Under the pieces are notes generated by a model that saw nothing but the letters and a program-made list of their open reading frames with translations, searched no databases and had not been told where the DNA came from. From Mesotaenium endlicherianum (Eukaryota), in contig WELA01002258.1 in assembly GCA_009602735.1 (NCBI GenBank), positions 998,387 through 1,035,718 on the forward strand: a stretch of DNA of 37,332 nt. Reading direction: 5' to 3'. The translations under genes were made by a program, and so were the position numbers. Positions within the stretch are counted from its first letter, which is position 1, and the number at the start of each line of letters is the position of its first letter. Below, piece after piece: positions 24,501-34,822 of the stretch.

Positions 24501-25576
24501 ACCACTCTCCAGAAATGCACACGAGTCTCCCTTCATCCTTCCGTGCTTCCCCGTAATGACAAGCTCGACGACTGCGTGCGTCAGCAAACGCTTCCTGAAA
24601 AGCAGGCAGGCTGCTGCTCGTTGCTGCAAGCTGCTGTGGCGTGTGAGGACCCAGCACTCAATTGACATGCAGCAGAAGACAAGGAGGGGGAGGGGAGCAT
24701 CTGTGCATGGGTTGACAGTGCACGCCACATGCAGCTTCCATTGCTGCCATAACCCGCCATACACAGCCTTGCAGTATATTTGAAACCCTCATCAACTTCA
24801 TCAATATACAGACAGAGTTGCATCCAATCAGGCATTACCAAGCCTGATGAAACTGTCAGACTGATTCTAACATATAGCACAGCCACATAGCCACTATCTG
24901 CCCCAGCTCCCACCAACCAAGTCTCTCCTGCGCTCCGCTAGGAACTGAAGCCCAAATTCTCCAGTATTCACCTTGTTCAATTGCTGTCGTGGCCTCCTCC
25001 TTTTCGGAAGTCTACCGTCTATGCCCATACCCTCTTTGACTCTACTTGCGTTCATGTCAGGGCCCATTTCTATAAATCTAACTACTTCACAAGCCAGCAT
25101 AGCAGCTAGTGTAGACACACGTGCTCGTTTGAGATTCGTACTCATGTTCAGGTTATTCGAAATGTGCTCGCTCAGTCACATAGATGGCAGGTACAGAAGG
25201 GTGGAGTCGCTGAAGACACTTCAACTGAATAAACAGTTCTGCTTCAACTTCAAAGGCCCCTGCAGCCAGTCGGGTACCGTAACAAAGGCTTGCATCTTGG
25301 GGAGCTAGGCGAACGTGCTTGTGAAGGGAAGCTTGCGAGAAGGTGGAATGAAATTCGTTCTGAAGCAATTCACCTTTTTCCGATATAAGAAAGTGCTGTT
25401 CGTTTCCCGTAGCCTGTGCTCGACTGTTCAATGCGAACTATACGAGAGCCTTGATATCATTCACATGCATTCTCAGCACCCACGCGTTTACCTGAACTCT
25501 CGCCATTAACGGCTACAAGCAGGACGATGAAAAGCCAGTGTAAGCATGCGAAGCGTCCGCGCTTTATAGGCCTCAT
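10832..25576 (-). CDS. Giant malectin-repeat receptor-like kinase (RLK/Pelle): signal peptide, 10 malectin domains, TM helix, Ser/Thr RD kinase; about 2,220 aa, 34 exons
   Basis: Manually spliced model in which every visible GT-AG junction keeps phase (one kinase acceptor is hidden by the N at 12325); 6,648 coding nt identified. Malectin motifs RINCGG, VRLHFAE and NAIE/SALE recur, and all kinase catalytic motifs are present. Exon coordinates are given in the sub-features. Confidence 0.9.
12723..12857 (-). CDS. RLK transmembrane exon
   Basis: [30 protein letters not shown]: hydrophobic helix followed by a basic stop-transfer signal. Confidence 0.9.
   Translation of the reverse strand, partial: RRPRGSRPERLPAQLWERVCWRLCCCWRPLCGAAGATISRTLWT
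13007..15035 (-). CDS. RLK di-malectin module 5 (membrane-proximal; one extra intron)
   Basis: Exons 15035-14800, 14698-14621, 14489-14358, 14132-14021, 13854-13568, 13205-13007 ([40 protein letters not shown]). Confidence 0.9.
15189..17351 (-). CDS. RLK di-malectin module 4
   Basis: Exons 17351-17107, 16892-16809, 16330-16199, 16055-15645, 15393-15189 ([40 protein letters not shown]). Confidence 0.9.
17493..19473 (-). CDS. RLK di-malectin module 3
   Basis: Exons 19473-19244, 18979-18902, 18682-18551, 18350-17922, 17697-17493 ([40 protein letters not shown]). Confidence 0.9.
19719..21627 (-). CDS. RLK di-malectin module 2
   Basis: Exons 21627-21389, 21222-21145, 20813-20679, 20472-20071, 19926-19719 ([40 protein letters not shown]). 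Confidence 0.9.
21970..24382 (-). CDS. RLK di-malectin module 1
   Basis: Exons 24382-24153, 23684-23607, 23381-23250, 22932-22528, 22189-21970 ([41 protein letters not shown]). Confidence 0.9.
25492..25576 (-). CDS. RLK exon 1: signal peptide
   Basis: ccaacATG gives [28 protein letters not shown] (basic n-region, hydrophobic core, V-N-G cleavage-like site). It ends at a strong phase-1 donor CAG|GTAAAC that matches the phase-1 acceptor at 24382. Confidence 0.8.
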
Positions 25577-26525
25577 GTTGGCAGATTACTTCATAGAAAT
25601 TTCTTGTCAAGGCATCAATAGTAGAGGGGGCACGACTCTACGAGGCAAGGAGTTGAAACATAAGCTGACGAAGGGCAATTTTCTGAATTTCACAATCGAG
25701 GATTGGAGCAGACTAGACCTGATGTCAATCACCAATTGCATGACATCACCAATTGCAGGCGCGTGAAGGCCCGAGCTCTTGACGACGTAGCCGACCTCGG
25801 AACTTGTACGCGTGAGGCGACAACAGAGAGAAGTGGGAGTAACCAGGCCTGACAGGGACAGGTAATTGGGTCGGACCCTTGAAATAGTCTCGAAAACGCC
25901 AAAGTTTGCAATTCGCTTGGACTCCCGGAGCGGCCACCAACCTCCGGAACAAACTTTTCTCGATTCGACCGGGAGACATTTTAACCGCAAATGTATCCGA
26001 GAGGCATCGTACCAAAAAGGACGAGAAAATGCCAGAATGTGATGAAGCCCTGCCTGGCGTAATCATGCAAATATGAGAGCACACTGGGTTGAAGTACTCG
26101 AGCATAAGCGTGTATGCAACAAACGAAACTCGACATGATTTGTACGCCTCTGCAAATTTGTACCTTGAAATCACTTGAAAAGCTGACAATTTCAAGACCA
26201 AGCACGCAAGATCACGGAATTTGAGAAGCAAATGACAAGACGACAAGGTTCAGAAATGTAGAATCGAGGTGACGACAAGCCAGGCGCTTGACTAACAGTT
26301 CGGCTTGACGTAGGGCAGTCACATACAAGAATGAGGGCGGCAAGCTCAGTCAGTCATGAGTGCGACCGCGACGTGGACAAGGACCGCTGACAATTGTCAC
26401 CGTAAGTCCTTGCCGTTAGACGCAACGTATCTAGTTCGAAACACAACTGCTCGGGTTGGGCAACAGCCTAAATACCGTCATTTTTCTTTGAAGTGTTACA
26501 TTATTTTGTTTGTCTTAGCGACTCA

Positions 26526-27764
26526 TGTCGCGACTATTATCCGTTTGACGGTGTCGCACGCGCAGCGCAAGCTACGGCCACCTAGTGCTGAAAGTCAACG
26601 TTGACTCACCGACCACTGGACTGATTACATCGCAGTCAGCGATTATGGCGGCGTCAAGACCACTGGCAAGGGGTCAATGTCAGTGTGCCCCACACCCAGG
26701 GATGGGGGAGGTTTTGACAAGACAACCGCGAGGCTAGGAGCTGGGGATCAGCAATGAGCCGCCCACCAAGTACCAGGTCAGGTACTGTGTGACTGGCGGA
26801 TTAAACCAGGTCATGGCTGCAGTGCCAAGATAGGTTACGGCCGCCCGGTTGGGAAAACTTGAGCAAGTGGCATTTGCTTGCACGCCGCTCAGGATTTCTT
26901 AGCCATGAGCGAATTAGGCGTGACCGCCAGCTGAGAAGCTAAGCAGCCACGCGCGACAGTCACAAGGTGTGCATGCATGCTGAGTGACTACAAGTTTAAG
27001 TTGGGCATGGCTAGGCAGAAGCAACATGCAGCTAAGCTTTGTGACTAAGCACGGCATTCTCGAAAGATGACGCTGTGTGGTGCCTGCAAAAGGCACGAAT
27101 CTTGCCTGGGATGTGACATTCACTCTCACGCACTTTTGCCAAGAAGCAGAGGAAGCAAAAGGAAGGAGAAGAAGGGCGCGAAGAAGAAGAAGGAGTTCCC
27201 AAGGCCATTGGAGGGCCGAGGCCCCACGCTTCTGCCGACGCTGAAGATTCTTCTCAGTGTATCATACATAAGTTAGGATTGTAGGAGTTCCCAAGAGGGA
27301 ATCTCACTGTTGAAAGCAGGAGGACTGCAGAATAGAATCTGCTAGGAGATTAGCACAGATTCGGCCAAACGCCACAAGTGTGTGTGAAGCAGCCTTAAAA
27401 TGGTCAGTTGTGTGTTAGTTTCAGGTTCTCAGAAGTCGCATTCGCATCTGGAAGAGAGAGAGTAATATTGACAGATAAAGCTCTCAGTGAAGAGCTGAGT
27501 GAGCCTAGCCTGGCAGTGAAGAGCTGTTAAGACGCGGTGTTAAGTGAAGAGCTTGACCCAGGCCAGCATAGACGTAGAGTTTCAGAGTTTTGTAAGCTGT
27601 GACTTGTGAAAGCTAAGCAAAGGCCTGAAGGGCGATTCTCTCTGAACCTGACGTTGTATGTCAAGCTGCTTAGAGTGTGAATTCTGCAGACTACAATTTG
27701 CTCACCTGTGAACCCAAGAACCTTAAGGCATAAAGCCTATGTGGAAGTAAGAGACTTCTGTCCT
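26526..27764 (+). repeat. Terminal repeat block Y, copy 2 (left terminus of the element)
   Basis: Homologous to 3611-4836 from TGTCGCGACT to GTCCT, with scattered substitutions and small indels. Confidence 0.9.
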
Positions 27765-27778
27765 ACTTCTGAGAACCT
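27765..27778 (+). promoter_or_regulatory. Candidate self-priming primer-binding site
   Basis: ACTTCTGAGAACCT directly follows Y and is the exact reverse complement of AGGTTCTCAGAAGT at 27423-27436 inside Y; no tRNA-type TGG PBS is present. Confidence 0.65.
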
Positions 27779-28097
27779 CATTTTGTGATTCAGGTGAATA
27801 GAAATTTCCAAGCAAATTGGAGATTGAGGCTGGTGAGGGTCGCCGGTGCTCCACCTGAAGGGGATCCGGAGAAATTCAACTGTACATGCGGTTGGGGAGT
27901 GGAAGACTCTACTACCCTGTGGAGCCTGTGGAAGGTTCTGATTCAAGCCAGAGTCCACGAGGAAGTGAGACATCTGAGCGCACGGATAACCTGTGGAGTG
28001 AGCAACCGTTGGGAGACAAGTCTCGCCATACTGCCACGAACGGTGAGAATCCTGGTAACAAACGAGCCTTTGTACCCAATTTGGGCTGAAAGCACGA

Positions 28098-28600
28098 TGT
28101 AGTGATTTGAGGTATTATATATTAGTATGCTTATATTTCAATGTTTTCAAATATATTTGGAGTAGTATTGTGTGGAGTCAAGTGTGAATAGGTACTCTAG
28201 TAACTTGGTTCATGTCCTTTGAACCTTCCAAGGCATTTTCGAAGTTAGAGGAAAGACCTAGAAAAACTCCATGTGGCAAAAGTCAGATGTGCCATTTTTA
28301 GGTCAAAAGGACATGTGTACATTATTCTAGAAAGAGGTGGCAAGTTTTGGGATGTGTTGGGTGCCAACACATCAACATACACCTTCCTAGAAATTACTTA
28401 TGTAGCAAGTATATAAACAAGAGCTAGAACATAGAAAGACATTCCAGAATCACTCTTGTACTTGCCAAAATCCAGAAATATATTAACTTTCAAGAAGCCA
28501 TCTCTCTTTCAAGAAGCTACCACTTGTGTTCAAAGATCCTTGTCTTGAATAGATAAAGTATTCTGTTTTACTAAGTACTTTATCTATCTGTTTCACTACA
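28098..28600 (+). repeat. Chromovirus 5' LTR
   Basis: TGTAGTG...CACTACA; 7 substitutions against the 3' LTR counted by eye; TATATAAA near 28410; hairpins GATGTGTTGG/CCAACACATC and TAGATAAAGTA/TACTTTATCTA. Confidence 0.97.
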
Positions 28601-28601
28601 G

Positions 28602-28613
28602 TGGTATCGGAGC
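28602..28613 (+). promoter_or_regulatory. Primer-binding site (tRNA-iMet type)
   Basis: TGGTATCGGAGC, 1 nt after the LTR; differs from the canonical TGGTATCAGAGC at one G:U-compatible position. Confidence 0.85.
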
Positions 28614-28637
28614 TAGGCACTTTGGTAGCACAAGAAG

Positions 28638-29918
28638 ATGGCCGATCCTCAAGACCAACAGCAAGCTTTCGAAGGAAGCCCTTCCTCTCCAAGACACCCT
28701 CCTCCAGCGCCGATGGGAGAGCCCACTCAAGAAAATCTGCAACAACAAGAAGCACCACAAGGAGGAGCACACCCTCCTCCAGCGTCGATGGGAGAGCCTA
28801 CTCAAGGAAATCTGCAACAACAAGAAGCACCACAAGGAGGAGCACCGTCAAATCCCGTGGCAGCCGCTATAGCAAAGTTGACCCCACCACAAGGAGTTCC
28901 CGCAAATGAGTGGGCAGCCTTCCTAATGACCGTCCACAACCAAGTGGGCTTGGCCACCTATGAAGCAACCGTGCAAGCGTCAAGAGAAGCTATGGCTGCC
29001 ATGGTTGCCCCTATTGCGAGCAATGCTCAAAATCCAGCCCCGGCTCAAGCGCCTCCACAAGAGCCAACGAGAGCAAGGAAACTCATCAAGCCCGGCAAAC
29101 CCGACACTTTCAACCCCGGGAAAGGTGCCAACCTGAATTTATGGCTCTACCAAGTGGAGACGTACCTCGCGTTCCTTGAAGTACCCGAGGAGGACTACGT
29201 TCCCTTTGCCGTTACCTTACTTAGAGGAGCAGCAACATCATGGTGGCGTAACTATCAAGCGGCTATATATCAAGCTATGGCGCACCCCATGCTCGGCCAA
29301 GAGCCCCCACCATCATATGCAAGATGGGCAGATTTTCGTGAGGCCCTCAAGAAGCAATTCATGCCCATCAATGCGGAGAAGATTGCCCGAGGAAAGCTCC
29401 ACCATCTCAAGCAAACGACGTCCGTTCAAGAGTATACATCCAGATTTCACGCCCTCACTCTTGAGATCCCCAACATGTCTCTCGAGGAGAAGATTGACCG
29501 TTACATCTTTGGCCTCAAACCCAAGGTGGCAAAGGAAGTGGAGTTACGCGACTTGACGGACTTCTCAAAGATCATTGAAGTGGCCCAAAAGGTGGATACC
29601 TTGGATTTCAAGCACTCCGTGCCTTCATCTTCACGGGTACCGACGACGCGGGTGTACGCAGCCCCTTCCACATCCGAATCTGGACCCACACCCATGGAAA
29701 TCGGAGTTATTAAAAGGGACCCCGCGGCTGCCCGGAAGAGTGGAAGACCCTCCAATGACACTTATGATGCAAGAAACCAGCAAGGAGTGAAAGCAAGACT
29801 CTCCCCGGCTGAAAAAGAAGCTCTCATGACGGCTGGACTATGCTTCTATTGCAAGGAAAAGGGCCATCGTGCACTTTCATGCCCCAAAAAGTTGTCAAAA
29901 AACGGACAGCGCCGGTAG
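28638..29918 (+). CDS. gag: Chromovirus Gag (426 aa) with CCHC zinc knuckle
   Basis: [52 protein letters not shown]. Confidence 0.95.
   Translation: MADPQDQQQAFEGSPSSPRHPPPAPMGEPTQENLQQQEAPQGGAHPPPASMGEPTQGNLQQQEAPQGGAPSNPVAAAIAKLTPPQGVPANEWAAFLMTVHNQVGLATYEATVQASREAMAAMVAPIASNAQNPAPAQAPPQEPTRARKLIKPGKPDTFNPGKGANLNLWLYQVETYLAFLEVPEEDYVPFAVTLLRGAATSWWRNYQAAIYQAMAHPMLGQEPPPSYARWADFREALKKQFMPINAEKIARGKLHHLKQTTSVQEYTSRFHALTLEIPNMSLEEKIDRYIFGLKPKVAKEVELRDLTDFSKIIEVAQKVDTLDFKHSVPSSSRVPTTRVYAAPSTSESGPTPMEIGVIKRDPAAARKSGRPSNDTYDARNQQGVKARLSPAEKEALMTAGLCFYCKEKGHRALSCPKKLSKNGQRR
28695..28844 (+). repeat. In-frame 75-bp tandem duplication in the Gag N-terminus
   Basis: HPPPA(P/S)MGEPTQ(E/G)[12 protein letters not shown] present twice. 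Confidence 0.9.
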
Positions 29919-32900
29919 GCCAGGAGCCTACCACCCCAAGACCCACTTCACGAGAAGGCAACACGCCAAGTGAGGTGGAGACCCCCGTTGAAGACGACGT
30001 TCCAGCCCCAATGAGTTTGAGAGGTTACCTTGGAGGAGAGAAGGTCCACATCTTGGTGGATAGCGGAGCTCAAGGCAACTTCATTGCTGCAGATTTTGCC
30101 ACCAAGCACGGTATTACTATGCGAACTCTTGACCACGACGAGGAGATTATGATGCCCGATGGATTCTCCTATACTACCCCTTCCAAGAAGACGTACCCCT
30201 TGGCACTCTCTATCAAGTCCTTCAAGGATAGAGTAGTGTTCTCCCCCATGCAATTGGGCAAGTACGACGTCATCCTAGGGACGCCTTGGTTGACCAAGCA
30301 CAACCCCCAAGTTGATTGGAGGACCGGTACTATCAAGATCAAGAATGACATCACTTCAAGAATCTGTATTTTGCGCGCAATCCAGAATATCCAGACCCAA
30401 GACATCCAGAAGCCGGCACACGAGATACTATTGTCCGCCCTCCAACTCAAGAGACTTGTGAGGAAGGGACACGAGCTTCTTTTGGCCTTGATCACGCCAA
30501 AAGACATCAAGAAAGACATCGAGAGTCAAGAAGGCAGCCCCGTTCCCAAGGAGATACAAGAAGTCTTTGAGGACTACAAAGAAGTGTTCTCCCCGGAATT
30601 GCCCAAGGGCCTACCCCCCAAAAGATTCGTAGACCACAAGATAGAGTTGGAGCCCGGAAGCAAGCCCATCTCTCGGCCTACGTTCAAAATGTCATACACG
30701 GAGCTAGACGAAGTCAAGAAGCAAATCAAGGAGCTACTGGAGCATGGCTTCATTCGACCTAGCAAGTCGCCATTTGGAGCCCCGGTGCTATTTGTCAAGA
30801 AGAAAGATGGTACCTTGAGGATGTGTGTGGACTATCGCGCCCTCAACAAGATCACCATCAAGAATCGATACCCGCTGCCGCGCATGGATGAGCTCATGGA
30901 CCGGCTGGTTGGAGCCAAGTACTTCACGAAGATTGACTTACGGAGCGGCTACCACCAGATTCGCATCGCAGAACCGGACATAGAGAAGACGGCATTCAGG
31001 ACAAGATATGGACATTTTGAGTTCATGGTCCTGCCATTTGGACTCACCAACGCGCCAGCAACTTTCATGACTATGATGAACACCATATTTCAGCCCATGT
31101 TGGACAGATTTGTGGTGGTATTCATCGATGACATCCTTATCTACAGCAAGACCCTTGAAGAGCATGCGAGACACTTGAAAGAAGTCCTTGAAGTATTGAA
31201 GCAAAACAAGCTGTTTGCGAAGGAGTCAAAATGCGAGTTTGCCAAACAAGAAGTGGAGTTCCTAGGTCTCCACGTGACTGCTGATGGCATCAAGATAGAC
31301 CCCAAGAAGACCACGGTGGTGGAGGAATGGCCAACCCCCACGACCAAGAAAGAACTCCAGTCATTCTTGGGATTTGCCAATTGGTACAGAAAATTCATCC
31401 AAGGCTTCTCGCACATAGCAGCCCCCCTGACAGATCTACTCAAGAAGGACAGGCTATATACATGGACCGAGAAAGAGGAAGAGGCATTTCAAGAGTTAAA
31501 GCGAAGATTGACCACATCCCCGGTGCTCACACTCCCAAGTCCAAACCCAGATTGGCCCTTCCACGTCATCACCGATGCATCTTCCTATGCAATAGGAGCA
31601 ATCCTGCTTCAAGACCAAGGCAAGGGACTGCAGCCCATCGCCTACGAGTCAAGGAAGCTAAATCCAGCCGAGCAAAATTATACAACCACGGAGCGAGAGG
31701 CATTGGCGATTGTACATGCCTTGAAGGTTTGGCGCTGCTACGTTGAAGGACGCAAAGTACTGGTCACCACGGACCACGAGGCGTTAAAGCACCTCCAGAC
31801 GCAGCCGTATCTCTCAAGGAGACAAGCAAGATGGAGCGGATACTTGCAACAATACAACATCACGATTCAGTACCAGCCCGGCAAGACAAACCCGGCTGAC
31901 CCCCTCTCAAGACTGCAATTAAATGCAGTGATGGTATCCCTGAAGACAGATCTGGAAGCTCGATTTTCAGCCGCCTATGAAAGAGACCCTTACTACAAGA
32001 ACGGAGAAGCAGCCTTGGACCCATGCAAGAAGCAAGAAGGCAATTATTGGGTGAGGCAAGATACGGGCCAGAGATGTGTTCCTAATGACTTAGACCTCCG
32101 GCTCTTGCTTCTACGAGAAGCACACGACAACCCTCTTGGAGGACACTTTGGAATCCTAAGGACCACGGGCGTTCTAGCTAGGACTTATTGTTGGCCAGGC
32201 ATGTCTAAGCAAGTCAAGGAGTACTGCAGGAGCTGTGACACATGCCAAAGAATCAAGCCATCATCGCAAAAGGCGGGAGGACTCCTCCAACCACTACCAA
32301 TCCCCGAAAGACAATGGACGGACATCTCAATGGACCTTATCGTGGACTTGCCCGTGACACCTCGAGGCCATAATGCAATACTCACGGTGGTGGACAGACT
32401 TACCAAGATGGCTCATTTTATTCCCACGACGACTAAGGCTACAGCACCACAACTTGCAAGACTCATCTTTGACAACATCTTCCGACTCCATGGACTACCA
32501 TCAAGAATTGTGTCAGATAGAGATCCAAGATTCACAAGCCATTTCTGGAAAAATCTCTTCAAGAACTTGGGTACATCGCTGGATATGTCTACTGCCTACC
32601 ACCCACAATCAGATGGGCAAACCGAGCGTATGAATCGTACCCTAAAGACCTCTCTAAAGGCCTACGTGTCTACCCTCGAGCAAGACTGGGACATGTACTT
32701 GACCCCCCTCGAGTTTGCCTACAACAACACTACGCAGGCCTCTACCCAAGAGTCCCCATTCTTCCTCAACTATGGCTTCCATCCGACCACGCCACTGAGC
32801 TTCACGGCTGGCCATGATGAAGTACCTGCAGCCACAGATTTTATGGAGACATTAGAAGCAGCCCTTACAGCAGCGAAGAAAGCTCTACAACACGCGCAAG

Positions 32901-33505
32901 ATGCTCAAGCAAGAGTGGCGAACAGATCCAGAAGAGAAATTACGTACAGAGTGGGTGACAACGTGTTACTATCATCCAAGAACATTTCCCTGAACAACAG
33001 GCCTGCCGGCAGCAAGTTCTCTCCCAAGTATTTGGGACCCTTCAAGATTATCCAGCAAGTCAACCCCGTTGCTTTCAAGCTAGAACTTCCCCAGACTATG
33101 CACATCGACCCCGTATTCCACGCTTCCCTCTTCAAGCCATATGTGCAACCCGACAACAAGTTCCCAGGACGTGTGACAACCCCACCAGCCCCAACAATAG
33201 TGGATGATCATTTGGAGTACGAAGTGGAAGACATAGTGGCTATGAGAAATTTCAGGAGACAGCAGCAATACTTGATCAAGTGGAAAGGATATCCAGATTC
33301 GGAGAATAGTTGGGTGGCGGCGCACTACCTTGACAAAGTTCAGAGAAAGTTGAAGCGCTTCCATGCCGCCAACCCCCATCTTGGACCAGCCCCAAGTCTC
33401 TCTACTAGAAGCCCGAAGACTTCAGGGAGGCAGCCTGCCACCATCAAGAAGCAGCAGAAGACCCCTTGGAGGCAGCCTGCAAGAACAAGAAAGAGGAAAA
33501 ATTGA
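29840..33505 (+). CDS. pol: Chromovirus Pol: aspartic protease, RT, RNase H, integrase, chromodomain (probably entered by frameshift near 29900)
   Basis: [50 protein letters not shown] core (MDLIVDL, SDRD, QTERMNR); [29 protein letters not shown]; no stops. Confidence 0.97.
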   Translation: MLLLQGKGPSCTFMPQKVVKKRTAPVGQEPTTPRPTSREGNTPSEVETPVEDDVPAPMSLRGYLGGEKVHILVDSGAQGNFIAADFATKHGITMRTLDHDEEIMMPDGFSYTTPSKKTYPLALSIKSFKDRVVFSPMQLGKYDVILGTPWLTKHNPQVDWRTGTIKIKNDITSRICILRAIQNIQTQDIQKPAHEILLSALQLKRLVRKGHELLLALITPKDIKKDIESQEGSPVPKEIQEVFEDYKEVFSPELPKGLPPKRFVDHKIELEPGSKPISRPTFKMSYTELDEVKKQIKELLEHGFIRPSKSPFGAPVLFVKKKDGTLRMCVDYRALNKITIKNRYPLPRMDELMDRLVGAKYFTKIDLRSGYHQIRIAEPDIEKTAFRTRYGHFEFMVLPFGLTNAPATFMTMMNTIFQPMLDRFVVVFIDDILIYSKTLEEHARHLKEVLEVLKQNKLFAKESKCEFAKQEVEFLGLHVTADGIKIDPKKTTVVEEWPTPTTKKELQSFLGFANWYRKFIQGFSHIAAPLTDLLKKDRLYTWTEKEEEAFQELKRRLTTSPVLTLPSPNPDWPFHVITDASSYAIGAILLQDQGKGLQPIAYESRKLNPAEQNYTTTEREALAIVHALKVWRCYVEGRKVLVTTDHEALKHLQTQPYLSRRQARWSGYLQQYNITIQYQPGKTNPADPLSRLQLNAVMVSLKTDLEARFSAAYERDPYYKNGEAALDPCKKQEGNYWVRQDTGQRCVPNDLDLRLLLLREAHDNPLGGHFGILRTTGVLARTYCWPGMSKQVKEYCRSCDTCQRIKPSSQKAGGLLQPLPIPERQWTDISMDLIVDLPVTPRGHNAILTVVDRLTKMAHFIPTTTKATAPQLARLIFDNIFRLHGLPSRIVSDRDPRFTSHFWKNLFKNLGTSLDMSTAYHPQSDGQTERMNRTLKTSLKAYVSTLEQDWDMYLTPLEFAYNNTTQASTQESPFFLNYGFHPTTPLSFTAGHDEVPAATDFMETLEAALTAAKKALQHAQDAQARVANRSRREITYRVGDNVLLSSKNISLNNRPAGSKFSPKYLGPFKIIQQVNPVAFKLELPQTMHIDPVFHASLFKPYVQPDNKFPGRVTTPPAPTIVDDHLEYEVEDIVAMRNFRRQQQYLIKWKGYPDSENSWVAAHYLDKVQRKLKRFHAANPHLGPAPSLSTRSPKTSGRQPATIKKQQKTPWRQPARTRKRKN
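29897..29932 (+). promoter_or_regulatory. -1 programmed ribosomal frameshift signal (gag to pol)
   Basis: Slippery heptamer A_AAA_AAC (29897-29903) in the gag frame, followed by hairpin GGTAGGC-CAGGA-GCCTACC (29914-29932); pol lies in the -1 frame. Confidence 0.8.
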
Positions 33506-34130
33506 CATTAGACACTCTTCTCTTCTCGCAGTTTCTGGACAGAAAACTAAAACTGCTACTGGTAATAGGTCTCTGCATAATAAATTCTGAAAATTTACCT
33601 GGCTGTAGTCCATGAGTAGCCGGTCATTTAGAGTCCAAGTTTGCTCAATTTGGAGCACTGGTGAGAGAGATATGATGCTCTAAGTAGAAGGGGGTCAGGC
33701 TGCTGGCATTGTTAGGACAGAATATGCCTTCTGACATTGTGCCTTCCCCTGAACTTGGAATGCTCTGAAACTCAAGACTCTGGTAGAACATCTTACAGCG
33801 CCCAGTTTGAGACTTAGTTTGCAGAATTTGGAGAAGTATAGAAGGACTTATGATTTTCAGAAGTTTCTGCACAGATTTGGAGGAGTGCCTACTCTCTCAG
33901 CTCTCAACGACACTCCAGAAATGAGAATGCTCTCAAATTTGGTGACCCGGTAGAGTTCTCCGACGCGGTCCGTCTGGCACTCGAATTTTCAGATTTGGAG
34001 CAGTTCTGTGGCCGCTATGAATTTTTGAGTTCGTGGCAGATTCTGGGCCAACTTGTACAATTTTCTTTATCATTAAGGAGTAGGCTAGCCAATAAGGTCA
34101 CACCACCTACGACCTTGCCTAGTCTACCTT

Positions 34131-34240
34131 ACATGTGTAGCACCTGACTTGGCGCCTTTGACTAGTCCTCTTCACATGTGTGGCATCTGACTTGAAACTG
34201 TTGACTAGTTTGCTCCACATGTGTAAGACCTGACTTGACG
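34131..34240 (+). repeat. About 2.5 copies of a 43-bp repeat in the chromovirus 3' UTR
   Basis: Units starting ACATGTGT (then C/TCTGACTTG) at 34131, 34174 and 34217. Confidence 0.8.
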
Positions 34241-34264
34241 CGCCGAGACGTCGCTTTTTCTATC

Positions 34265-34274
34265 GGGGGGGTGA
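34265..34274 (+). promoter_or_regulatory. Chromovirus polypurine tract
   Basis: GGGGGGGTGA directly before the 3' LTR. Confidence 0.8.
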
Positions 34275-34777
34275 TGTAGTGATTTGAGTTATTATATATT
34301 AGTTTGCATATATTTTAATGTTTTCAAATATATTTGGAGTAGTATTGTGTGGAGTCAAGTGTGAATAGGTACTCTAGTAACTTGGTTCATGTCCTTTGAA
34401 CCTTCCAAGGCATTTTCGAAGTTAGAGGAAAGACCTAGAAGAACTCCATGTGGCAAAAGTCAGATGTGCCATTTTTAGGTCAAAAGGACATGTGTACATT
34501 ATTCTAGAAAGAGGTGGCAAGTTTTGGGATGTGTTGGGTGCCAACACATCAACATACACCTTCCTAGAAATTACTTATGTAGCAAGTATATAAACAAGAG
34601 CTAGAACATAGAAAGACATTGCAGAATCACTCTTGTACTTGCCAAAATCCAGAAATATATTAACTTTCAAGAAGCCATCTCTCTTTCAAGAAGCTACCAC
34701 TTGTGTTCAAAGATCCTTGTCTTGAATAGATAAAGTATTCTGTTTTACTAAGTACTTTATCTATCTGTTTCACCACA
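34275..34777 (+). repeat. Chromovirus 3' LTR
   Basis: TGTAGTG...CACCACA, 503 bp, followed by the TSD CACGA. Confidence 0.97.
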
Positions 34778-34822
34778 CACGACGTGTGGGGTAAAGATAG
34801 TGAGTCTCGGTCACCATTCGAA

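Larger units (their letters stand above)
28098..34777 (+). mobile_element. Full-length Ty3/gypsy chromovirus LTR retrotransposon (6,680 bp), nested insertion
   Basis: 503-bp TG...CA LTRs; 5-bp TSD CACGA (28093-28097 and 34778-34782); PBS; PPT; intact gag and pol. Confidence 0.97.

Noticed and set aside
10815..24783. Numerous plus-strand ORFs over the RLK gene (for example 12345-13238 and 18573-19277)
   Set aside because: They are antisense shadows of GC-rich exons and low-complexity introns with no recognisable domains.
5140..26525. The 21-kb RLK block as cargo captured between the X and Y ends of a single insertion
   Set aside because: The flanks CTAA(T) and (A)CTCA match only partly, and the two Y copies look more diverged than the two X copies, which suggests independent insertions.
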